From a virus, in the IMG/VR virus record IMGVR_UViG_3300043411_001639, positions 1 through 64,000 of that record: a stretch of DNA of 64,000 nucleotides; one strand, given 5' to 3'. The notes under the pieces are model-generated. The model saw only the letters and a list, made by a program, of their open reading frames with translations. It was not told the origin of the DNA and did no database searches. The position numbers were made by a program, and so were the translations under genes. This document shows, piece after piece, positions 11,331 through 21,472 of the stretch (positions are counted from its first letter, which is position 1; the number at the start of each line of letters is the position of its first letter).

Positions 11331-11359
11331 CGTCTCTATTCTCTCTATTCTATCTACAA

Positions 11360-11587
11360 ATGAAAAATATTTTTAGTTCATTAAAAAGAACTTTAGTAAA
11401 AGATATCAAACCAGGAGACATAGTCGTAAGTCCCGGTTCTGGGACTAAAGAACTTTTAGTTGTTCTTGTTATAAAGTTATTAGACAACAATAAATCGTGT
11501 GCAATAATAACCTTTCTTAATTCAAAAAACAAAGTTATACAATCTAGTGGTTGGGTCGCGTTACATAAAATAGGAAACAAACAATGA
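11360..11587 (+). CDS. family A small protein
   Basis: IKPGDIVV..LLVVL. Confidence 0.55.
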   Translation: MKNIFSSLKRTLVKDIKPGDIVVSPGSGTKELLVVLVIKLLDNNKSCAIITFLNSKNKVIQSSGWVALHKIGNKQ

Positions 11588-11940
11588 ATAATAAAATTAA
11601 AGTTAGTTTTGCAGGCGCAGTGTTTGAACTAGAAACAGATAGTAGCTTTGTTGAAGTTCAAGGTGTTATGATTAGTTTCAGTCGGTTTAACAACAGTCAA
11701 CCAGTGGTTGTAGAACCAAAAAAATATAAAGTTACGTTTGATCATGGTTATGGTCTTTACAAAGATGGCTACTCAGTTAAGATTGCCAACATTAAAGCGG
11801 TTAGGACTCTAAAAGACTGCGGACTTAAGGAAGCAAAAGAACTAGTTGAAAGTTCCTATCCAGTTGTGTTTGCTACCAAACAACAGGTTGATACCATCAA
11901 AGATATTCCTGGTGTAACATACAACCTGGAACTTCAGTGA
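11584..11940 (+). CDS. protein with ribosomal bL12 (L7/L12) C-terminal domain
   Basis: KIANIKAVRTLKDCGLKEAKELVES matches the bL12 signature K(I/V)xVIKxVRxxTGLGLKEAKxLVE; N-terminus is not bL12-like. Confidence 0.7.
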   Translation: MNNKIKVSFAGAVFELETDSSFVEVQGVMISFSRFNNSQPVVVEPKKYKVTFDHGYGLYKDGYSVKIANIKAVRTLKDCGLKEAKELVESSYPVVFATKQQVDTIKDIPGVTYNLELQ

Positions 11941-12037
11941 TGATATTTGTTCTTTATGCACTGTTAGTGACAGTCTTTCTTGTTAAATTAACATATTACA
12001 TTATTCACTATAGAAAAATTATGAGAAGTGAAAACCA

Positions 12038-12502
12038 ATGAGTTATTGTTATTCAGACACTAGTTTTGATGAACAAGGAAAACCTGTTTCTTCAGCAGAA
12101 TTTCTTGAGTTTAGAAACAAAGAGTTTTCTGTTGAGACATATAAGCAATGGTTGTATCTTAGAGTAACTGAAACTAATGAAGGTGTAAAAAACAAGATCT
12201 TCGTAGAAGAATATCCAGATTATTACAAACATCCTGGCAACTCTTACAGAGAGTTCTATGGGTTCAAGATCTATGCTTATAAATCATCTAACTGTCTAGG
12301 ATTCTGTGCTGTTATCCAAAACCCTGACTTGAGTTGGTGGTTTACTTCTGGATATTATGATGGTGATGATTGCACCGATGAGCAGGATCTTCTTGAAGAA
12401 TTCTTGTACAAGTCCAAATTCTTTGAAGAACAAGTTAACATACCCAATTCAATCAAAACAACATTCAAACAACTAATAAAGGAACACATAGAAAGACCAT
12501 GA
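12038..12502 (+). CDS. hypothetical protein
   Basis: 154 aa ORF. Confidence 0.7.
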   Translation: MSYCYSDTSFDEQGKPVSSAEFLEFRNKEFSVETYKQWLYLRVTETNEGVKNKIFVEEYPDYYKHPGNSYREFYGFKIYAYKSSNCLGFCAVIQNPDLSWWFTSGYYDGDDCTDEQDLLEEFLYKSKFFEEQVNIPNSIKTTFKQLIKEHIERP

Positions 12503-13179
12503 CAGTATATTATCAACAACAACAAGCAAACAGATACCTAACAAAAATTGAACAACTCTTAGATCCTAATGCTGTTTTAGCTGGCGGGGCTCCTAGAGAT
12601 TGGTTCTTTAACCGAAACGCTAAAGATCTAGACATCTTTGTCTATCTTGGTGAACAGAACAAAAAACCTAGTTACTGGAAACAGAAACTAGAAGACGTTG
12701 GGTTTAAGGTTAGTGCCATAAAAAACAAATATGGTCCTAAAGACGGTATGTTTGCTCAGTGTTTTGAGTGGACAAAAAATATATTTGCAAGTTGTAAACT
12801 TACTAAGTCTACTAACCAAGAAGATTACATTCTATCAATGAATCCTTATCTTGAGTGTGTAGTTGATATTGAAGTTGAACCAGGAGAGAATCCTGTTCAG
12901 ATCATGATCATGAATCAACCTGTTGATCAGTGTACTTACACTAAATTTCCAGTATCAATCTCACAGATCTGGTACAAGAATGGAAAGTTTAATAAAACTC
13001 CTGATTTTCTTGTAGGAATCAAACACAACATCATCTATCCAACTGGAATTGATAACAGTATGGATGGTAAGTACACAAAGAAAGTACGTGAGAAGTTTCC
13101 TGAGTTTGAATATCTAGACTCAAAAGATAAAGTTATTCACTTTTTGTCTGATAAACTATCTTCTACTCCTTTTCGCTGA
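12499..13179 (+). CDS. CCA-adding/poly(A) polymerase-like nucleotidyltransferase (head domain)
   Basis: LAGGAPRD...KDLDIFV = class II NTase motif A (GGxxRD...DxD). Confidence 0.75.
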   Translation: MTVYYQQQQANRYLTKIEQLLDPNAVLAGGAPRDWFFNRNAKDLDIFVYLGEQNKKPSYWKQKLEDVGFKVSAIKNKYGPKDGMFAQCFEWTKNIFASCKLTKSTNQEDYILSMNPYLECVVDIEVEPGENPVQIMIMNQPVDQCTYTKFPVSISQIWYKNGKFNKTPDFLVGIKHNIIYPTGIDNSMDGKYTKKVREKFPEFEYLDSKDKVIHFLSDKLSSTPFR

Positions 13180-13186
13180 AAACTGA

Positions 13187-13205
13187 GAGTTAATTCAGTT
13201 AACTC
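13187..13205. promoter_or_regulatory. palindrome with TTCAG core (type A)
   Basis: GAGTTAA-TTCAG-TTAACTC immediately upstream of the ileS promoter -35. Confidence 0.6.
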
Positions 13206-13206
13206 G

Positions 13207-13235
13207 TTGCATCTTCCGTACAGTTCTGGTAGTGT
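13207..13235 (+). promoter_or_regulatory. phage early promoter (ileS)
   Basis: TTGCAT-17-TAGTGT; ATG at 13248. Confidence 0.8.
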
Positions 13236-13247
13236 TGCCAGACTGCC

Positions 13248-16214
13248 ATGAAAACCCTCAATCAAAAACTATTTGTTGAAACAGAACTAAAGTGGCTGAA
13301 GCATTGGGAAAAAACCGATGTATTCAAGAAAACACTAAGGGGCGAGAAAACCTATGTTTTCTATGATGGTCCTCCTTTTGCTACAGGTTTACCTCATTAT
13401 GGACACTTGTTAGCTTCTGTGGTAAAAGATGTTGTACCACGTTACTTTGCAATGAATGGTTTTTTGGTTGAAAGACAGTTTGGTTGGGATTGTCATGGTG
13501 TTCCAGTTGAGAATGAAGTACAGAACCAACTAGGTTTGTTTTCAAATAAACAAGTTGTTGACTATGGAGTTGACAAATTTAATGAAACATGCCGTTCTGT
13601 TGTAAGACGTTATACTCAAGAATGGAAAGAAACTGTCCATAGAGTAGGACGTTGGGTTGATATGGAAAAACCGTATCACACAATGGACTTTGATTTCATG
13701 AATTCAGTCTGGTGGGTTTGGAAAGCTCTCTATGATAAGAACCTAACCTATCAAGACTATAAAGTTGTACCATATTCTGTTGGACTAGGTTCAGGTCTAT
13801 CAAACTTTGAGGCTGGACAGAACTATAAAACAGTTCAAGATCTTAGTTTAACAGTTGAGTTTGAAACAGATAACGGATATACTTTACTAGCTTGGACAAC
13901 GACACCTTGGACACTTCCAATGAATGTTGGCCTTGCTGTAAATCCAGAACTAAACTATGTTGTAGTTGAACAAAACAACAAACAATATGTGGTAGCAGAG
14001 AATCAACTAACAAACCAGTTTGTTGCTGGAACATCAGTCAAACAAACTCTAAAAGGTACTGATTTAGTAGGACTAACCTACAAACCTCTGTTTGGTTTTT
14101 CCTGTAAAAATCCCGAAGTAGTAGCAGGATCATTTGTTACTGATAGTTCTGGTACTGGAGTTGTTCATTTAGCTCCTTGTTATGGAGAAGAAGATTTTAG
14201 TTGTGCCAAAGCTAATGATCTTCCTTTGTTTCATGGTGTAAATGATGAGGGAAAATACTATCCTGGATTTGGTGAATTGTCGGGCAAACTAGCCTTTGAT
14301 TCAAACAACCTAGTAGCAGAACTTCTAGGAGATAAAGTTTATAAACAGCAAGTTTATGAGCATGAGTATCCTTTCTGTTACAGAACAGATACTAGACTTA
14401 TGTACCGCGCTGTAAATAGCTGGTATGTAAAGGTAGAACAGAATAGGGGGCAACTTCTAAAAAACAACAAGTTAACAAACTGGAATCCTGAATCTCTCAG
14501 GGATGGAAGATTTGGAAACTGGCTAGAAAACTGTAGAGATTGGTCTGTTTCACGTAGTAGATTTTGGGGAACTCCTCTGCCTGTATGGTTAAACAAACAA
14601 GGAGAAGAAGTTTGTTTTGGTTCTGCTAAAGAACTAGAGGAAGCTACAGGAGTTGTTTTAACAGATCTTCACAGTCATTTCTTAAAAGACGTTGTGGTTA
14701 AATCTAAACAAGGTGGCGATGATCTTGTTTGGTGTGGTTTTGTGTTTGATTGTTGGTTTGAAAGTGGAGCTATGCCTTATGCTAAGGTTGGTTTCCCTTG
14801 GAAAACCCAAACACTTAACACTCCAGCAGATTTTGTTGCCGAAGGACTTGATCAAACAAGAGGTTGGTTTTATACCCTTAGTGTTCTTAGTACACTGTTG
14901 TTTGACCAACCACCGTTTAAAAACGTAAGTGTTAATGGACTTGTTCTTGCTGAAGATGGCAAGAAGATGTCAAAAAAACTAAAGAACTATCCAGATCCTT
15001 CAGAAGTTCTTGAAGCTTATGGTGCTGATGCTCTAAGACTTTATTTCATGAGCAAACCAGTTGTTTGTGGGACTGAAATGAAGTTTTCTAAGAAAGAAGT
15101 TGAAGAACAAGTTAAGAAAAACGTTCTTAGACTTTATAATGCCTATCACCTGTTTGTTACCTATGCAAATCTACATGATCTTAAACCAACTGGAACAGTT
15201 CAACCAACTAAGTTCTTAAACAAATACTTGGTTGAACTTACTAATAACCTTACCTTTAATCTTTCTCAAGCTGTTGAATCATATCACCTTGAAAAAGTAA
15301 CAGGGTTTGTTACTGAGTATGTAGAGAACCTAGTAAACAACCATGTCAGACTAGCTAAACCGTTACTAAAACAAGGTGATGTTGAAACATTAAACGTAGG
15401 TTATCAGTGTTTACTCCAACTAGCTGTTAGTTTAGCACCTTTTACACCTTTCATGGCAGAAGAGTTTTATCAATCACTTGAAGGTCCACTAGAGAGTGTT
15501 CACCTTGAGAGTTATCCTAAACCTGAAAACCTGTTTAGTGTTTATGAAAAACAAATGGTAAGACTAGTAGAGGTTCTGGAGTTAGGGAGAAACTACAGAG
15601 AAAAACACAAACTTAGTTTAAAACTACCTCTTAAAACAATGGTAGTTTATGAGAACAACCTTGATGTTCTTGATGAGTTAAGAGAACTGGAAGATTGTTT
15701 AAAACAAGAACTAAACTTTGAACAGGTGTTGTTTAGTTCTGATGTTGAGTCTGTGTTTGATTTTAAAGTCAAACCCAACTTTAGCCTTCTTGGAAGAAAA
15801 CTAGGGCCTGAGATGAAATCATTTGTTGTTTATTTGGCAACTCTTGATACTCAAACAACACTCAATCTTGTCAAGACAAGAACAGGATTACAGTTTAAAG
15901 GAGTTGAAGTAACGTTTGATGAACTGGTTGTTGAAAAATTATCAAAACTCCCAGATGTTCTTACAACACCAAAGTATTGTTTAAGGTTTGATCTAACAGT
16001 AGATGAAAAACAACTTGAACAAGAACGGGAAAGAGAACTGTTCAGAGAAGTACAGGAACTACGTAAACAACTAAAACTAACTCCGGGTGATAAAGTAGTT
16101 CTGTGTTCAACAGAAGTTCCATCAGAAAGCCTTAGAAACAAACTAATGACAGAAGCTTTTGTTGTTGGGTTCAACACTGGTTCAGAAACAATGATGTTGC
16201 AACCTGTCCCGTGA
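13248..16214 (+). CDS. ileS: isoleucyl-tRNA synthetase, type II (eukaryote/archaea-like)
   Basis: YDGPPFATGLPHYGH, GWDCHG, WTTTPWTLP (CP1 editing), DWSVSRSRFWGTPLP, EGLDQTRGWF, KMSKK; long type-II C-terminus without the Zn finger. Confidence 0.96.
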   Translation: MKTLNQKLFVETELKWLKHWEKTDVFKKTLRGEKTYVFYDGPPFATGLPHYGHLLASVVKDVVPRYFAMNGFLVERQFGWDCHGVPVENEVQNQLGLFSNKQVVDYGVDKFNETCRSVVRRYTQEWKETVHRVGRWVDMEKPYHTMDFDFMNSVWWVWKALYDKNLTYQDYKVVPYSVGLGSGLSNFEAGQNYKTVQDLSLTVEFETDNGYTLLAWTTTPWTLPMNVGLAVNPELNYVVVEQNNKQYVVAENQLTNQFVAGTSVKQTLKGTDLVGLTYKPLFGFSCKNPEVVAGSFVTDSSGTGVVHLAPCYGEEDFSCAKANDLPLFHGVNDEGKYYPGFGELSGKLAFDSNNLVAELLGDKVYKQQVYEHEYPFCYRTDTRLMYRAVNSWYVKVEQNRGQLLKNNKLTNWNPESLRDGRFGNWLENCRDWSVSRSRFWGTPLPVWLNKQGEEVCFGSAKELEEATGVVLTDLHSHFLKDVVVKSKQGGDDLVWCGFVFDCWFESGAMPYAKVGFPWKTQTLNTPADFVAEGLDQTRGWFYTLSVLSTLLFDQPPFKNVSVNGLVLAEDGKKMSKKLKNYPDPSEVLEAYGADALRLYFMSKPVVCGTEMKFSKKEVEEQVKKNVLRLYNAYHLFVTYANLHDLKPTGTVQPTKFLNKYLVELTNNLTFNLSQAVESYHLEKVTGFVTEYVENLVNNHVRLAKPLLKQGDVETLNVGYQCLLQLAVSLAPFTPFMAEEFYQSLEGPLESVHLESYPKPENLFSVYEKQMVRLVEVLELGRNYREKHKLSLKLPLKTMVVYENNLDVLDELRELEDCLKQELNFEQVLFSSDVESVFDFKVKPNFSLLGRKLGPEMKSFVVYLATLDTQTTLNLVKTRTGLQFKGVEVTFDELVVEKLSKLPDVLTTPKYCLRFDLTVDEKQLEQERERELFREVQELRKQLKLTPGDKVVLCSTEVPSESLRNKLMTEAFVVGFNTGSETMMLQPVP

Positions 16215-16225
16215 CGTGGTAGTGT
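16197..16225 (+). promoter_or_regulatory. phage early promoter
   Basis: TTGCAA-17-TAGTGT overlapping the ileS 3' end. Confidence 0.8.
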
Positions 16226-16266
16226 CAGGTTGTCAGTAGGGCAGAGTAACACGGGAGACACTAAAG

Positions 16267-16464
16267 ATGGCAACAATCAAGTTTTCAGAGGGTGGTTCAC
16301 TCAAGAAGGTAATTGTAACTCTCTGTTGTCCTGAATGTGACAACTCAGAGGAATATTACGTAACCGAACTGATGGATCTTGGTTATCCACGTTGCGTTGA
16401 CTGTGACAAGTTTAAGAATGTTCTAACAGAACTCGTAGCTGTGGAAGGATATGTAGATCCATGA
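16267..16464 (+). CDS. small Zn-ribbon protein
   Basis: CPEC...CVDC; GGGAG RBS. Confidence 0.6.
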   Translation: MATIKFSEGGSLKKVIVTLCCPECDNSEEYYVTELMDLGYPRCVDCDKFKNVLTELVAVEGYVDP

Positions 16465-16783
16465 TTTCAGACGTAGAAAAATGGATTGTTGTTTCAATCT
16501 TTCTAACTCTAGCAATGTTTGCAGTTGTTATTTTCCTGGTGTTCTGACATGAAAAAAAAAACATGTGATGCATGTGGCAAAGAAACCTCAACGTTTGTTA
16601 CAGCAGTAAAACTTGGAGAGGTTAAAGTCTTTTGTCAAGAATGTGTTGTAAACTATCTCCAAGTTTCTGTTGATAGAATTGTAAATCTCATGTGGTGGGC
16701 TAAAAACAACGGTCCAAATCCTGGTTGATTATCTATGTCTCAAGTTGGGCGGCAGTCCTCAAAAAACCTACTTTAAGGGTTTT

Positions 16784-16857
16784 GCGCGAGTCGGATAGGT
16801 TGTCCGGTTTGGCCTTATAAGCCAATAGGCTGAGTTCAATTCTCAGCTCGCGCACCA
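16784..16857 (+). tRNA. tRNA-Ile(UAU), atypical D arm
   Basis: GCGCGAG/CTCGCGC acceptor, TTGGC-CTTATAA-GCCAA anticodon arm, CTGAG-TTCAATT-CTCAG, encoded CCA. Confidence 0.88.
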
Positions 16858-17829
16858 ATAAAATGAAACCTGTAAAACTATTTGGAAATGTTTTTTTGGT
16901 TCAGTCACGCAGTTCTGATGAACTGTTTGATCTGGTTCTATGTAAAGAAAACAGGGAGCTTCCACTGGTTGAAGAAATTCCAGACCCATGTTCATATCAT
17001 GAAACTGATTCTCACGTTCTTGATGACAAATATCTTGATCTTGTTGAACATTGTTTGGATGTTTGTACTTATCAGCAAACAATTGCTCTGCTAGAAGAAA
17101 TAAAATCAGAACAAGTTGATCCAACTAAAATAGCTGCATTTTTAACCAATCAAATGCTTGCGTGGTTTGAATCTTAACAAAAAGGTAAAACAATGATGAT
17201 TCTTTCTGTTGAACAAGGGCAAGCTCTGGTAGATAAATATTTTGGAAAGTATAATGAATTAAGAAAACAGTGTACAGTTTATTACAGTCAAGGTAAACAA
17301 CCTCCTGAATCTCTTGACTTGAAAGAAATGGAACTTTCTTACATGTTGAGACACATCAAAGAACTCCTTGAAGCAGAAGGTTTTGATTGTGTGTTTGATA
17401 TGGAACAGCCATTTGCAAGTTCTAGTGGGATTGTTCGGGTAAAACAATGACACGAAATGATATCAAAGACTGGAAAAGTATTAAAAGATTTTTCTACCCA
17501 GGTTCAAATCAAAGAACTGCTCTGATCATGGGAAGTTTTATTCTAAGCCTCTACCTGATGATGATTCTAACAATGATACTCAACGGTAGGAAACCATTAT
17601 GACAACTGTTCTTGAACAACTAATCAAAGCAGGTGGAAACAGTTATGGAATTCGTACAATTGCTGGGTTTTTGCTAACAATTGAAGATTGCAATGAAATT
17701 GGCAATTATGATAATTCTCCTATCCTCCAGGCAATGGAAGTTATGAAAGTCATTAAGAAGGTTGATCATAAAGCTTCTGATGGAAGAACTAAACTATGGG
17801 AACTTCAACAACTTCTAAAGATGTTTGAC

Positions 17830-17913
17830 GCCAAACTAACTTAACAGAGAAAAGCGGCCCCGTTGAAGGGGTGATAATTCTAGACGTTCCAGGTGCAATT
17901 CCTGGGTTTGGCA
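17830..17913 (+). tRNA. degenerate tRNA (Ser-UGA-like), possible pseudogene
   Basis: GCCAAAC/GTTTGGC acceptor, CCAGG-TGCAATT-CCTGG T arm, 6-nt GTTGAA loop, long variable region. Confidence 0.5.
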
Positions 17914-18172
17914 CTATAAAAGAAAACAACAATGAAAAACAAGTTAAAGTTTGGTTGGAATGTTAGTTGGTTGTTTTTTTTAACGTGGTTGAATCTAAGC
18001 CTTAGAGTGGTGGTTTTACTACTTGTTCCTGTGTTGATCATGTTACCTTTTACGACCAGATATTTACCTGTTCTTTATGTTTGTTATTTGTTTTATACTT
18101 TTGTTTGTAATTTAGCAGCATTTTTGATTGAATGGGGCAGTGTTTTATATCTTTGTAGAATCAAATAATCAT

Positions 18173-18249
18173 TGCAATGGGCTGGTTAAGTCATCAGTAA
18201 TGGACAAGAAACCCTAAACAAACAGGTGCAATTCCTGTCATTGCAACCA
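18173..18249 (+). ncRNA. tRNA-like RNA without a recognisable anticodon arm
   Basis: perfect TGCAATG/CATTGCA acceptor, ACAGG-TGCAATT-CCTGT T arm, ACCA end. Confidence 0.6.
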
Positions 18250-18344
18250 ATGGGTGGAAACAATTGCTGCAACGGAGTAAATAGTGATCTAATATAATAG
18301 TTCATCATCAATGACCCAATAAGACAGACAGGAACAATTCCCAT
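18250..18344 (+). ncRNA. putative structured RNA between tRNA-like elements
   Basis: ATGGG/CCCAT and AATTG/CAATT closing stems with a one-sided bulge; same architecture as 45248..45314. Confidence 0.4.
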
Positions 18345-18349
18345 AACAA

Positions 18350-18379
18350 CCTGCTAAGAGTTAAAAGCCTTAGCAGGTA
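18350..18379. repeat. 10-bp perfect inverted repeat
   Basis: ACCTGCTAAG-N10-CTTAGCAGGT. Confidence 0.8.
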
Positions 18380-18386
18380 TCAGTCT

Positions 18387-18545
18387 GAGAGAAAGTTAAG
18401 CGGTAACTGTTTTCATACACAAGTTTGCAGATGACTACGGTGATGGGTATTTCCAACAACAAGATCAGGGACGGTCTTAAGCTAAACCAGCAATGGTACT
18501 TGTGTCACTGTAAACAACTAGGTTCAAATCCTAGTTCTCTCACCA
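18387..18545 (+). ncRNA. 159-nt tRNA-like RNA with a long helical insert in place of the anticodon arm
   Basis: GAGAGAA/TTCTCTC acceptor + ACCA, CTAGG-TTCAAAT-CCTAG, AGTT/AACT D-like stem, nested GTTTTCA/TGTAAAC, ACACAAGT/ACTTGTGT, TTGC/GCAA helices. Confidence 0.7.
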
Positions 18546-20137
18546 AAGGAATACTATGACTATAACACAGTTTATTACTGGAATAACAATAATTTTATTG
18601 GTATTTATCACTGTTTCTTATATGATAGAGCACTAACCATGTTTATTCCAGATAAAACTCTAAGGTATAGCGGGCTATCCTTAGCCTGTGTATTGCCCGA
18701 AAATATTCAGATGAGTAATCTCCTTGAGAAATATTCGGAGGGTGTTGTAGACGAACCTGGAGATCCTGAAGATGGTTATGGATCAAAGATGATCTGTTTC
18801 CGAAATGACAAAACAGGTCGTTGTTTAACGGTTTATGAGCGGCACGGCCGTCTTCGTATTGGGTGTAATCCCAAATATCTTTATGAAGCAACGGAACTAT
18901 TGGAACAATTAAAACAATTATGAAAACTATTGAAACAATGACGGTTGAAAACTGGAGTGACAACTACATGACTACAAGAGGTGAAATTCTTGCCGATAGT
19001 TTTGTAGGATTGCTTCTTAAACTAGGTGAAGAGGGTTGGTGGTTTAGTTGTTTTAATCCAAAAACAATCGTTGAGACACTTGTATTTCAAAGGGAAACAC
19101 CATGACAATTTCATTTCCAGGTATTGTTGAAACAAAGTATGTTAAGTATGAATCTAAACTAGCTGAACAAGGAACTTATCATTACATCAATGACAATGGT
19201 GTAAAAATCAATTTTGATACCTTTGAGGGAGTTGTTGAACATTTTGGTTCACAAGGTTGGTGGTACAGTGAACCAACTGGATATAATGTTTTTATATTCC
19301 AGCGTTTTGAACCAAAACTAGTTGATGTTCCGGCAACCATCTGAATAATAACAACCATGTATAACACAATCTTTCTAAGAGTTGGTTCTGCTAAACATCA
19401 AGCTAATGCTATTCTTCCTTATTGTAGTTTTAGTCGGAGTAACTTTTGAAGGTATTGTAGAAGTAGTAAAGATTTTTATAAAAGGATAATAAAAACAATG
19501 ATTAAAGATGTATTTAAAATTCTCGGTGTGGCTGTACTATTCCTTCTGTTTGTAGCCTTGTTTTTAGCTGTGTTCTTTGGAATACCTGCACTAGTTCAAT
19601 GGTGTATTAACAGTATTGCTCAGAACGCTCATTCAGACTTTAGAATGGATTATTGGCTAACTTTTGGTTGCTGGATTGTACTAGGTTTAATTGGTGGAAT
19701 GTTCCGCAATTCTAACAAATCAAGTTCAACATGACATATAAAACTCTTAAATTTATACGATTAACTATGTTTTTTGTTTTTGTAGGATTTATTCCAGGTA
19801 TTTTTTGTTGGTTTGTATTTGATTTACCACTGTTAAAAACCATGGTGCTTGGATTGTTTGTTTTAAATATGGTTTTATTAAAAACCTTTATTCTTTCATA
19901 TGTTGAAGATTATTGGTATAATAACAAAAAATGATCATTGTAATATATCTTTGTTTAGTGCTAGGTGTCTTGTTTATTATAGCAGTTTTAGCAATGTTGT
20001 TAGGTATTTTAGTTGATATCTGGATTCATAAATGACAACTACAATTATATATTTTATCTGTGTGTTTATAACTTGGTGTGTTATTGATATTCTATAAATC
20101 AGTTGCAACCATCTTCCAACTCTGCTAGAGTTCCCAT

Positions 20138-20959
20138 ATGCCAAAAAAATCTGAAATGGTTGAAGGCTATCTAAAACCAAAAAAAATCTTTCTTGAGGGG
20201 TATAAATCTCAAGTTGAATCTGGGTGTAGACTTCTTGATATTCCTACTCAATGTTTTTATGAAAGGGATATTCCAAGGCTGGTTAAGTCAGGCGAAATGA
20301 CACCCTTTACTCCAGTTAAAGGAACTGTAAAAACTGTTAGAACCTACTTTCACCACGTAGGAATCAAACAACCTAAGAACGTTGATATTCCTGAAGAACT
20401 CCGTACCATGAAGTTTTGTGGACGTAAGTTCTATGACGGAATGACTCTTGGTAAAATCAGGAGAATGCCAGAGAAGGAACGTTCTAAGCTATTCATCAAA
20501 GCAAGAGATATTCAAAAAGCTTGGAGTGGATCAAATGCTGCTGATGATCTTTTACAAAACACAGGACTGTTTCCTGATAGCACTCCTGTGTTTTGTTGTG
20601 ACTACAAAGAGAATCTTAACGAAAACTATTATTGTCATGTTAGAGAAGGAAAAATTATAGACAATGTTGATCAGAAAATTGAAAAATTTATTGAACAAGC
20701 AATTAAAACTTGGACAAAGAATGTTCATTCAGCATATCGTATTGATATCGGCGAAATAAACGATAAACTAGTAATCACAGAACTAAATGAAGTTTGGTCA
20801 AGTGGAAGATCTGTTTTCTCTAAAATAGAACAGAACTGGGATCACTTTGATTATTATAATCCAAAAAGACAAGAACTAGAAAAAAACTGGCGTAACAAAA
20901 CAAACACCGAAGCTGTTCTTCTGCTTTTGGCACGTTGGAAAGATTTTAAGCTAGTATGA
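20138..20959 (+). CDS. ATP-grasp domain protein (R2K/DUF4343-like)
   Basis: G(T/S)V..V, LFIK...K.WSG, AYRIDIG....LVITELNE..SSG ATP-grasp motifs. Confidence 0.65.
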   Translation: MPKKSEMVEGYLKPKKIFLEGYKSQVESGCRLLDIPTQCFYERDIPRLVKSGEMTPFTPVKGTVKTVRTYFHHVGIKQPKNVDIPEELRTMKFCGRKFYDGMTLGKIRRMPEKERSKLFIKARDIQKAWSGSNAADDLLQNTGLFPDSTPVFCCDYKENLNENYYCHVREGKIIDNVDQKIEKFIEQAIKTWTKNVHSAYRIDIGEINDKLVITELNEVWSSGRSVFSKIEQNWDHFDYYNPKRQELEKNWRNKTNTEAVLLLLARWKDFKLV

Positions 20960-21432
20960 GTGAACTGTTACAACACACTGTCTGTTACACAAAACATTCT
21001 TTTTCTAATTTTGAACCCAAAGATCCTGTTCTTGAGATGATTTATAAACTGTGTCCATTGTTTGGATTAACATTTGAACAAACAGATGGAACAGGAATTT
21101 GTTCTGTTATAGGATATCACAACAGCACAGCTTTAGCCTGCCCAATTATCCAGATTAAGACAAACCAGATATGTTTTACATTTGGGTATAACTTTGATCA
21201 TTGGACTGTATCTTATCAAGGTCCAAAGTTTAATCCAGAACCCATGAGTTGTTTAACCTACAATGGTTTGGAGCATACAGGACATCCTGATATCAGTTAT
21301 ATAATGCCAAAAGAGTTAGTGTTTAAGAATATCAGTAAAACTAACACTTCTAAGTTTACTGTTGAGATAGGTAATAAATTCAACTTATACATGTTCGTCT
21401 GGTTGTTAACAAAACAACTGAAATTACACTAA
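20956..21432 (+). CDS. hypothetical protein
   Basis: 158 aa ORF, ATGA overlap. Confidence 0.65.
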   Translation: MSELLQHTVCYTKHSFSNFEPKDPVLEMIYKLCPLFGLTFEQTDGTGICSVIGYHNSTALACPIIQIKTNQICFTFGYNFDHWTVSYQGPKFNPEPMSCLTYNGLEHTGHPDISYIMPKELVFKNISKTNTSKFTVEIGNKFNLYMFVWLLTKQLKLH

Positions 21433-21437
21433 ATCAG

Positions 21438-21466
21438 TTGCATCTACCTCTGGAACCTGCTAAGGT
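21438..21466 (+). promoter_or_regulatory. phage early promoter (leaderless, mnmA)
   Basis: TTGCAT-17-TAAGGT; ATG 6 nt later. Confidence 0.85.
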
Positions 21467-21472
21467 TCATCT

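Noticed and set aside
18333-18361. Promoter suggested by AACCTGCTAAG
   Set aside because: There is no TTGCA at the 17-bp distance, and the sequence is explained as one arm of a 10-bp inverted repeat.
18387-18545. Canonical tmRNA (ssrA)
   Set aside because: It is too short, lacks the GGGG start and G3-U70 pair, and has no recognisable tag frame. Kept only as a tRNA-like RNA.
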